A stretch of DNA of 64,000 nt from Spirochaetaceae bacterium (GTDB taxonomy: Bacteria; Spirochaetota; Spirochaetia; DSM-2461), in contig JAOPTT010000016.1 in NCBI GenBank assembly GCA_051531975.1, positions 88,927-152,926 on the forward strand, given 5' to 3'. Below the pieces are notes generated by a model. That model ran no database searches. It worked only from the letters and a program-made list of their open reading frames with translations, and was not told where the DNA came from. Each line of letters starts with the position of its first letter. Within the stretch, counting starts at the first letter, position 1. Both the position numbers and the translations under genes were made by a program. This document shows, in pieces, positions 40,901 to 48,275 of this stretch.

Positions 40901-41573
40901 TGATCGTCAGGAAATATTAGAAATGATACGTTCAGGCCGGGATACTAGAAAGGCATATAATGGTATGGGGCTTGGATCTTGGCAAGACCTACCAGGAACA
41001 TTGGAAGAGGTTAAAAAACTTTCTGAAATAGTTCCAAAATCAAAAATAATAACGGGTGCAGATGTAACAGAAGAGACAGTTTTTAATATATCAAATTCTG
41101 GGGATCTTGCTAACTATAAAGTTATACACTTCGCAACACATGGTATTGTTGTACCTGAGATTCCAGAGTTATCAGCTGTCGTTTTATCCCAGACTTCTAA
41201 TAATAGCGGTGAAAATGATGGTTATTTAACAATGAGTGAAATTGCATCACTTAAAATAAAGGCAGATTTTGTAAATTTATCCGCTTGTGAAACAGGTCTT
41301 GGTAAAATATACCAAGGTGAAGGTGTTGTTGGTTTAACCCAAGCTTTTTTAATTGCTGGAGCCAATGCATTATCAGTTTCTCTTTGGCAAGTATCTGATG
41401 AATCGACTATGAAGTTCATGACAGGGGTATATACTTTAGTAGAAGAACAAGGTTTCAGTTATTCGGGGGCAATTTCTGAAATGAAAAGGGTCTTTCTAAA
41501 AGACGATTTGTATAAAAACCCATTTTATTGGGCACCATTTGTATTGTATGGTGATTATGAGGCAGGATTATGA
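37905..41573 (+). CDS. Exported TPR-repeat CHAT-domain (caspase-like, clan CD) protease
   Basis: Signal peptide ending AFS; about 750 aa of TPRs; IVPDG..PFE, LPGT..E, HFATHG (His), LSACETG (Cys), SLWQVSD, PFYWAPF. Confidence 0.93.
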   Translation: MVRRSILIILALISTTAFSGSLEDGTELFNSGTAFYQNGDYKSAYETLKESITQFKMVENEVADEWLLNSFLWSGAAAYNLGYFDESESYYLKSLKLAEYHESIQYQSNIVTALANLKFSLAEYSEAGNWYIKSSKLLKTLDSIPESTWALEYGGYSKVLAKEYSLAYEIYEEIIENYSSSKQDNEIANLYSMSGNCLYYMMDLEGALSYYQHATSLLEQYGSSIPLSQFYGWLGKIYFDSSENENALRYFKQSLNMAKELNSQEDESRILGYLGFLYASIGEYTNGVNYYKKSLEVAINIGQAQFIVAAYESLAWIYGLSKDEDEIIEIKKRLIELFKQTNDEPKLVQNFNDLGYIFYERELYKESIPLFESSVNLLRKAPDNETLKTVLINLGMSYEKIGNKALSEKYLNESLSISLNEGDTSGAEDILGHFNLIYSNDSDYYSLIDSLKRFIPIYKLEKDYKKLLHVTNNIGVAYYEIDEYNKAIKYYTDAKILATQLEDYEELSISLHNIAQSKAKLALFDEALEINEQALDIATKHGLLDIEANLWNSLGELYRAWGWYEKSLTCYNNAFVIFEQENNIEGIATINNNIGQALRGSGQAQASIPYYIDALELSIKVNDKKLQAITLSNLGEAYRDNNENDKAMEYYSKALQTDIEIKNLEGIHIRKNNIALLDLISGDYIKARDTFEVGLKYWQKIGDRREESIALKNLWAVNFQMDKYETAAEYLVEVVRIQEQLRLTAKGAIRREYLDSQIESYRDLAATYYYMKDPLNALYFMELSRGKYLLEQMNITNDSVYDWSTYTDFIQNMKQGSALLTYSVTDKNLIQAISIENDRVSTTLINIEEQFLDSIYDDFGSLINRYVDGSTNNQFETILKFYRILLSRPIQSRSTTKAINDIGGYLYSKLITPFHDNLKGINQLIIVPDGILGTIPFEVLTDENSKYLIERYDISYSQSLVISQIINNREYKEDRNPMLAFGGAIYEDNINVVSSDKIVDRQEILEMIRSGRDTRKAYNGMGLGSWQDLPGTLEEVKKLSEIVPKSKIITGADVTEETVFNISNSGDLANYKVIHFATHGIVVPEIPELSAVVLSQTSNNSGENDGYLTMSEIASLKIKADFVNLSACETGLGKIYQGEGVVGLTQAFLIAGANALSVSLWQVSDESTMKFMTGVYTLVEEQGFSYSGAISEMKRVFLKDDLYKNPFYWAPFVLYGDYEAGL

Positions 41574-43372
41574 AAAAATCACGTTTATGGATATCTTCAT
41601 TCATTATTATCTTAGTTGTTTTTATTTCAGTTCTAAACTTTCCACTTTCAGGTATTTTAGAATTAAACACTCAAACCTTAAGAGCTAAAACCTTAGGGTA
41701 TAATGAGGTCACTGCACCAATAGTTATTTTAGCTATAGACGACGCTTCATTTGAGAAAATTAACATTAGGTGGCCTTGGCCTAGACAGATTCTTGCAGAA
41801 GCTATAATCAAATTGAAAGATGATGGAGCAAAAGTAATCGGTCTTGATATTATGTTAGGAGAATCTGGTTATACATTAGAAGAAGATGAAGCTTTAACTA
41901 ACGCAATAAAATATGCAGGTAATGTTGTTTTACCTTCTAAAAGAGATGAGAGGAAGTCGTCAGGCTATGTTATTGAATATTTTGATGAACCTATATCTTA
42001 TTTCAGTGATAATGCCGTGACATCTGGTTATGTAAATCTCCTACTTGATAAAGATAAATATATCCGTCGATTATTACCTATAGATAGTTCTCTAGGTGAA
42101 ACAAAACATAGTTTTTCGTTTAGCATTATAGAAACTTATGAAGGTCGTAATATCTCCACAAGTACTGGGAATATCAATATAGGAAAACATAAAATACCAA
42201 CTGCCCATGATAATAGCTTCTTAATTAATTATGCCGATGTTGGTGGTTTCCCTGTAATTCCTTTTTATGAGCTTCTTGAAGGAAATATAAAAAAGGATAT
42301 ATTTAAGGATAAAATCGTACTTATAGGTGCATATTTTAAAGATTCTCACGATCAATTTTTAACTGTATCGGAAGATTTATCTGGTATATATGGTGTAGAA
42401 ATACATGCCAATAGTATCAATACTGTTTTTTCTGGAAACTTTCTTACAGATAATTCTAGAAGTGTAGAACTGCTTATAATACTTCTATTAACTATAATTG
42501 GGTCATTTTTGTTTCTGAGACTAAAGCCACTAAAAGGTTTACTGTTTTTAGGGATTATAATCACTGTTTATCTAATTTTAGCTTCATACTTATATCTGAA
42601 TAGAGGACTTATATTAGAAGTCTTTGATCCCATATTGGCTATTTCACTTACATGGTTATGTTCAGTTTTATATAACTATTTAATAGTTGAAAAAGAAAAA
42701 AAATATGTTAGAAATACATTTTCTAGGTTTGTATCTGCTGAAGTTGTTAATAATATTCTTGATAGTGAAAATGAGATAGAACTTGGTGGAGAGTTAAGAG
42801 ATGTTGCTATATTTTTCTCTGATATATGTGGATTTACCTCAATTTCTGAAAATATGAAACCATCACAAATTGTTGAGATGTTGAATGAATATTTTACTGA
42901 GATGACGGATATAATATTCAAATACGATGGTACATTAAATAAGTATATTGGTGATGCAATTATGGCTATATTTGGTGCTCCTATTCAATCTGATAATAAC
43001 TCTGAAAGAGCTGTTAGAGTAAGTCTTGAAATGAGAACGCAGCTGAACCTGTTAAATGAAAAAAGAATCATAGAAGGGAAAGCACCTATAAAAATTGGTA
43101 TGGGACTTCATAAAGGAAAGGTTCTTGTTGGTAATATAGGTTCTACAAGACAAATGGAATATACTGTAATTGGAGATGCTGTTAATGTATGTTCTAGAAT
43201 AGAGGGGTTAACCCGTATTTTTGATACGGATCTTCTAATTAGTGACGATTTATATAGGGAAGTTAAAGATCTTGTTAATATTACAACTTGTGAACCAATT
43301 GATGTAAAGGGTAAAAGTGAGAAAATCCTAGTACATAAAGTTATAAGCCTAAAAGGAGATTATAATGAATAA
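41570..43372 (+). CDS. CHASE2-domain membrane adenylate cyclase (class III)
   Basis: AIDD, WPWPR, D...RR, GVEIHA CHASE2 motifs; three TMs; FSDICGFT, KYIGD, YTVIGDAVN..SR; ATGA overlap with the CHAT gene. Confidence 0.93.
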   Translation: MKKSRLWISSFIIILVVFISVLNFPLSGILELNTQTLRAKTLGYNEVTAPIVILAIDDASFEKINIRWPWPRQILAEAIIKLKDDGAKVIGLDIMLGESGYTLEEDEALTNAIKYAGNVVLPSKRDERKSSGYVIEYFDEPISYFSDNAVTSGYVNLLLDKDKYIRRLLPIDSSLGETKHSFSFSIIETYEGRNISTSTGNINIGKHKIPTAHDNSFLINYADVGGFPVIPFYELLEGNIKKDIFKDKIVLIGAYFKDSHDQFLTVSEDLSGIYGVEIHANSINTVFSGNFLTDNSRSVELLIILLLTIIGSFLFLRLKPLKGLLFLGIIITVYLILASYLYLNRGLILEVFDPILAISLTWLCSVLYNYLIVEKEKKYVRNTFSRFVSAEVVNNILDSENEIELGGELRDVAIFFSDICGFTSISENMKPSQIVEMLNEYFTEMTDIIFKYDGTLNKYIGDAIMAIFGAPIQSDNNSERAVRVSLEMRTQLNLLNEKRIIEGKAPIKIGMGLHKGKVLVGNIGSTRQMEYTVIGDAVNVCSRIEGLTRIFDTDLLISDDLYREVKDLVNITTCEPIDVKGKSEKILVHKVISLKGDYNE

Positions 43373-44057
43373 TAAAATACGATATATAATAACATTTACA
43401 GTTTTAACGGTTTTAATTCCAACTTTTTTATATGCAAATGACGCAATTATACTTGAAAAAAGTGGGGTTGTGAGTATTCAAGACTCAGTAGAATTTTATG
43501 AGGCAGAGATTGGAACTAGTCTAAATTTTGGTGATATTATTTCAACAGGGAAAGCCAGTTCTGCTATAGTTATATTATCAGATGGTACCCGTATTGATCT
43601 CTTTTCAAGTAGTAAATTTGTTTTAACAGAACTAAATAACAGTAATAATAACAAAGTAACTGGAATTGGCAAATTGTGGAATAAGATTAAAAATAAATTT
43701 TCTGATGTAGAATATTCAAATGCTCAGGCTGGAAGTGTTGGAGCTATTAGAGGGTCTATTACTGATGAAGTAATTTTTAATGATGAAATGTCTGAAGATC
43801 AAAATATAGAACTATTAAAAACGATAGATTCAATTACAAATGAGTCCATACTAGATGAAACAAAATGGCAGCTAAAAGCTATTATCTTTGAGGAATATGG
43901 ACAATTTATAGAGGCTGAAAAAATCTACTTACAACAAATCGAGTCAAATCCTACTGATCTTCTTATATATGATATGTTAATAGATCTATACTTTAAAGTT
44001 GATTTTTATGCCCATGCTTCAGAAATTATTAAGTTAAAAGAAAAATATAAAATATGA
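43365..44057 (+). CDS. Exported FecR-like domain protein with C-terminal TPR-like helices
   Basis: Signal peptide ending LYA; GDIISTG..S.A...LSDGT.I and VGAIRG; 8-nt overlap with the cyclase; AGGAG RBS. Confidence 0.75.
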   Translation: MNNKIRYIITFTVLTVLIPTFLYANDAIILEKSGVVSIQDSVEFYEAEIGTSLNFGDIISTGKASSAIVILSDGTRIDLFSSSKFVLTELNNSNNNKVTGIGKLWNKIKNKFSDVEYSNAQAGSVGAIRGSITDEVIFNDEMSEDQNIELLKTIDSITNESILDETKWQLKAIIFEEYGQFIEAEKIYLQQIESNPTDLLIYDMLIDLYFKVDFYAHASEIIKLKEKYKI

Positions 44058-44124
44058 AAAAATTCACCAAGTAAAGAGTATATTTAGCGGGTATTATATA
44101 AAATAAGAATTTGGGATAGATCGA

Positions 44125-44856
44125 TTGGATAAAAAACACTCAAGATTGTTATATGGTGACATTGGTGGCATTTTTTTAGGGAAAAACATTAAAACCAATT
44201 ATCAATATAATAGACTATATACCATAATTTTATCTTTAAATAATGAATTAGAGTTATCAACTAAAAAGTTTGGAAATGAGATAACTCAATCAGTATTAAT
44301 TCCTCCTAATTTAAAATTTCGAATTAATACAAAAGATGATGATTTAATTATATTTATCCATATAGATCCATATTCTAACTTAGGATTAAAACTACAAGAT
44401 AACAGAGAAATAAATATTTTACCAAAAAACTGGTTCCAAAATCATAAAATAAAATTAAATGACTGTTATGCAAATAATCTTGAAATCAAAGAAGTTGATG
44501 ATTTTATAAATGGAATTATTAACGACATTCCAAATAACTACTTTTCCCATAAAAATATTGATCATAGAATAATGGAATGTATAAACATATTGAATAACTC
44601 AGATATTGTAGATTTTAATGAATTAGCAGCACAATTTTCTCTTTCGTTAAGTCGACTTTCTCATTTATTCAAGGAAGAAACTAATATTACTCTTAAACAA
44701 TATATACAACATCGTAAAATGATTAAGGCAATTGATGGAATTCACAAAAAATTTAGTTTAACTGAGGTCGCATTTTATGGAGGTTTTTCTGATCAGCCAC
44801 ATTTTAATAATGTTTTCAAAAAGATGTTTGGTATAAAACCATCAAAAACACAATAA
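44125..44856 (+). CDS. AraC-family transcriptional regulator
   Basis: LSLSRLSHLFKEE and GGFSDQPHFNNVFKKMFG..PS; TTG start. Confidence 0.9.
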   Translation: MDKKHSRLLYGDIGGIFLGKNIKTNYQYNRLYTIILSLNNELELSTKKFGNEITQSVLIPPNLKFRINTKDDDLIIFIHIDPYSNLGLKLQDNREINILPKNWFQNHKIKLNDCYANNLEIKEVDDFINGIINDIPNNYFSHKNIDHRIMECINILNNSDIVDFNELAAQFSLSLSRLSHLFKEETNITLKQYIQHRKMIKAIDGIHKKFSLTEVAFYGGFSDQPHFNNVFKKMFGIKPSKTQ

Positions 44857-44930
44857 TAGCTGTTTGGTACAATTCTTAATTTTATTGATGAGTTACATTT
44901 TAATTACAAAAACAATCTTGGAGGATTAAA

Positions 44931-45332
44931 ATGTTAAAAAAAGGACTAAAAAGTTTATTAGCAATTATTATTAGTGGATTAGGAATGTGGGTTATTGCAG
45001 GTCTTTGGCATAACTTGGTTTTACCAGCAGTTAATCAAAATGTAGATGCTCATCATGATGGGCTTTTATTGATGTTAATTTCATATTTTATATTAGCTGG
45101 GTTTATGACGTACTTTTATACAGTAATTAGTAAAAGTAATTTTATTTTATCAGGGCTTAAAGTAGGAATTCTAATTGGTGTTTTATGGGTTTTTCCCCAT
45201 GGATTAACAATGGCTGGTATACATGATACTTCAGTTTTTTATGAGATAAAAAATACTTTGTGGCACTGTTTTGAACAAGGTGTAGGTGGTATTATAGTTT
45301 CTTTAATTATGAAGAATGAAAAGTTTATATAA
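44931..45332 (+). CDS. Small four-TM membrane protein, probable target of the AraC regulator
   Basis: GGAGG RBS; four hydrophobic segments with several His residues. Confidence 0.75.
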   Translation: MLKKGLKSLLAIIISGLGMWVIAGLWHNLVLPAVNQNVDAHHDGLLLMLISYFILAGFMTYFYTVISKSNFILSGLKVGILIGVLWVFPHGLTMAGIHDTSVFYEIKNTLWHCFEQGVGGIIVSLIMKNEKFI

Positions 45333-45430
45333 ATCATGTATTTTAAAATTATATTGTTTTGAATCGCAGGAATATAAAAAAGGTTTGATAGATACTAATA
45401 AAATGAATATTATATTTAATATTAAATGAG

Positions 45431-46204
45431 ATGGGTAGTAAAGGAATAAAAGTTTTTGTCATGAGTAGAGTAAACAAAATTGGACTAATATGTCTATTAA
45501 ATATAATTGTTATATCAGACGCATATTCTGAAAATAACCAAACCATACATATAAGTAGTGAAGTAAAATTAAATTCTATTTCAGATAATGTATGGATTTA
45601 TATCTCAGATATAAAACTAGAAAAATGGGGTAAAGTATCGGCAAATGGTATGGCCATTATTACTAATAACCAACTGGTATTAATAGATACCCCATGGAAT
45701 GATGAACAAACCAAATTATTGATTTTATGGTTTACAAATAATTATGATATTACTGAAATAAAAGTAATTGTTAGCCATTATCATGTTGATAATCTCGGTG
45801 GATTAAACTGGATTCATCAAAATGGAATAGAGTCATATTCTATTGGTAAAACACAAGAGATTTGTAAAAATAAAAATCTTTCTATACCAATAAATACTTT
45901 AAGTAATCCTTACATATTCGATTTTAGCGATACTATAATTGAAGTACATTTCCTAGGTGAGGGGCACACTGTTGATAGTGCTAGTGTATACCTGCCAAAT
46001 GAGAAAATACTATTTGCAGGTTGCTCTGTTAAATCACTTAAAAATAGTACTCTCGGAAATGTAGCTGATGCTAATTTAAAGAATTGGCCGGTGACCCTAC
46101 AAAATATGATGAGTTCATTTCCTGATGCTAAAATAATAATACCTGGACATGGGCTAGAAGGTTCTATGTCTTTAATAGATCACACACTTTCATTATTTAA
46201 TTAG
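45431..46204 (+). CDS. Subclass B1 metallo-beta-lactamase
   Basis: ANG, IDTPW, HYHVD (HxHxD), GHTVD, GCSVK, LGN, PGHG; signal-like N-terminus; true start may be ATG 45461. Confidence 0.88.
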   Translation: MGSKGIKVFVMSRVNKIGLICLLNIIVISDAYSENNQTIHISSEVKLNSISDNVWIYISDIKLEKWGKVSANGMAIITNNQLVLIDTPWNDEQTKLLILWFTNNYDITEIKVIVSHYHVDNLGGLNWIHQNGIESYSIGKTQEICKNKNLSIPINTLSNPYIFDFSDTIIEVHFLGEGHTVDSASVYLPNEKILFAGCSVKSLKNSTLGNVADANLKNWPVTLQNMMSSFPDAKIIIPGHGLEGSMSLIDHTLSLFN

Positions 46205-46234
46205 AATTAATATTATAGAAAAAGGATATAGCAT

Positions 46235-46513
46235 ATGGGATTTCAAATTAAATTTAACTGGGTATTACAAATTGATTGAGATAAAGAAATCAATAATAAC
46301 CAAGAATATGACTTTATAAAGACAGGGAATCGAGCTTTCCCCCTAGATACACCTATTGATCTAATAAACCTAGAAAGAACAGCAATTGCTAAAATTAAGA
46401 TTTTAGAGTTTTGTAATACTACAAATAAGACAGAAGGCAAGTTTATCGTATTAAAAATATATTCTGGAGAAGAGAAAAATATTTTAAGTAATTATTGGAT
46501 AGAAAATCAGTAA
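46235..46513 (+). pseudogene. 92-codon gene (DUF2584-like by recollection) interrupted by an in-frame TGA at codon 15
   Basis: AAGGA RBS; MGFQIKFNWVLQID*DKEINNNQEYDFIKTGNRAFPLDTPIDLI...NYWIENQ; TGA at 46277-46279. Confidence 0.7.
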
Positions 46514-46638
46514 TACATTTATAAAGATGAGTGTTAACATTAAATAGTTGTAGATAATTAATTAATTAAAATACAAGGAACAGTTCCCAGTATTATAGTG
46601 TTATATTAATAAGTTTAAGATTTTTAAAAAGGAATAAA

Positions 46639-47535
46639 ATGAATACTAAACTAAAAAACATACTACTTCTAGTCTTCTGGCTGGTTGTTATATTCATTGG
46701 GACTCAAATTACAATAGTTGCATTCTCCTTTATTACTAGATTTATACTAGTCCGACTTGGACTTTTTGATGAACTATCTGGATTTTTACCTAGGATTTTA
46801 TCTATAGCAGTTATAATTACATTTGTATCAATCTATTTCAGATATGTAAAAAATGAAAATTTTAAAATTCACGCTTTTGGAAATCAAAAACTAATATTTC
46901 AAGACTCATTATTTGGAATCATAGGTACGATCATTGTACTAACATCAATTTATACTGTATTAACAATGAACAAATGGCTAATAGTGTCTGGTTGGATGAT
47001 TGATCGTCTAACTTCACAGCAATTAATCCGTCCAGTAGCTCTAGCTCTTGTAACAAGTTTAACTGCTGCCGTTGGAGAGGAAGTTCTTTTTAGGGGATTT
47101 TTTCAAAAGCGATTAGAACAAATACTCAAAAAACCATTTAATGCATTCTGGATCTCAGCATCAATATTTTCATTAGTACATTTTTTTGTATCATCTTCCA
47201 ATGAGGGTAATACTATAATACTTTTTATATGTATTTTGATTGCTGGTATGTTGTTTAGTTATTTATATTACAAAACTGAATCCTTAATTTTACCAATAGC
47301 TTTGCATTTCACATATGACTTTTTTGTTGAAGACTTTTTTAACCTTCCAGGAAAAAATATTGGACCAACTTTGTATGGAGCTATTACTGAGTCAACTCTG
47401 CCCAACTATATTACAGGAACTGAATACGGTATAGAAACAGGATTATGTGGTGTAGTAGTGTGGATTTTTTTATTTATACTTTTTACTAGATATACACGTT
47501 ATCGGAGAAAAGGTATGAATCTGGAGATTAAATAA
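46639..47535 (+). CDS. CPBP (CAAX/Abi) family intramembrane metalloprotease
   Basis: EEVLFRG, FSLVH, HFTYD, GIETG; multiple TMs. Confidence 0.9.
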   Translation: MNTKLKNILLLVFWLVVIFIGTQITIVAFSFITRFILVRLGLFDELSGFLPRILSIAVIITFVSIYFRYVKNENFKIHAFGNQKLIFQDSLFGIIGTIIVLTSIYTVLTMNKWLIVSGWMIDRLTSQQLIRPVALALVTSLTAAVGEEVLFRGFFQKRLEQILKKPFNAFWISASIFSLVHFFVSSSNEGNTIILFICILIAGMLFSYLYYKTESLILPIALHFTYDFFVEDFFNLPGKNIGPTLYGAITESTLPNYITGTEYGIETGLCGVVVWIFLFILFTRYTRYRRKGMNLEIK

Positions 47536-47567
47536 GGAGATGAGACCATTTAACTAATTTTTAATGA

Positions 47568-47660
47568 ATGTTGCTTCCCTATATAAAATCATAGAAGAAA
47601 TAATTACCTGAATATGAGCATGTTTTGTGGAATGAAGAAAAATTTGATACTACACTTTAG
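47568..47660 (+). pseudogene. Short fossil fragment of a GT32-like glycosyltransferase
   Basis: Translates as MLLPYIKS*KK*LPEYEHVLWNEEKFDTTL*, resembling the N-terminal SWKKY.PDYE...WNE..FD motif. Confidence 0.5.
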
Positions 47661-47733
47661 TTAAAAGAACTTGATTTATTATTAAGTTCTTTCAACTACA
47701 TGCCAATATATAAATATTAATAAAGGATAATGA

Positions 47734-48273
47734 ATGGAAATTACAAAATTTAAATTTGAAAATATCGAAGAAATACAAGAGTTATTTATCAAGACATTTT
47801 CAGATACTGAAGGCAAAGAAGAGGGACTGTTAATTGGAAAACTAGCTTTTGAATTAATGACTAAAACAGATAAAAAAGATTTGTATGTTTTTATTGCTAT
47901 TGATGATAAAAAGATTATAGGAAGTATTCTTTTTTCTAGGTTGAAGTTTGAAGTTTGTGAGATTAATACATTTTTATTAGCTCCAGTAGCTATTCACTCC
48001 GGTTATCAAAAAAAGGGAATAGGACAGAAATTGATTAATTATGGGCATAATTATTTGAAGGACAACGGTGTAGAACAGGTCTTCACTTATGGTGATATTA
48101 ATTTTTATTCTAAAGTGGGTTATCATGTAATATCAGAAAATATTGTGAAAGCTCCATTAAAACTAATGTACCCAGAAGGTTGGTTAGCACAGTCATTTAT
48201 TAATGATGAAATTAAGCCAATTACAGATAATTCATTCTGTGTAGAAGCTATTAATAATCCTAAATACTGGTAA
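47734..48273 (+). CDS. GNAT family N-acetyltransferase (YhbS-like)
   Basis: LLAPVAI...QKKGIGQKLI, YGDINFYSKVGY. Confidence 0.9.
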   Translation: MEITKFKFENIEEIQELFIKTFSDTEGKEEGLLIGKLAFELMTKTDKKDLYVFIAIDDKKIIGSILFSRLKFEVCEINTFLLAPVAIHSGYQKKGIGQKLINYGHNYLKDNGVEQVFTYGDINFYSKVGYHVISENIVKAPLKLMYPEGWLAQSFINDEIKPITDNSFCVEAINNPKYW

Positions 48274-48275
48274 TA

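Noticed and set aside
37905..41573. CHAT protease as part of a type III-E CRISPR (Craspase) system
   Set aside because: No cas7-11, csx30/31 or CRISPR array is present, and the protein has a signal peptide.
46277..46279. Selenocysteine or genetic-code reassignment at the in-frame TGA
   Set aside because: No obvious SECIS hairpin follows, there is no redox motif context, and TGA is a normal stop elsewhere (9221, 27550, 41573, 44057) while Trp is TGG.
47658..47698. Inverted repeat as an integron attC site
   Set aside because: Ends read GTT...AAC, the reverse of RYYYAAC...GTTRRRY, and the sequence does not recur in other spacers.
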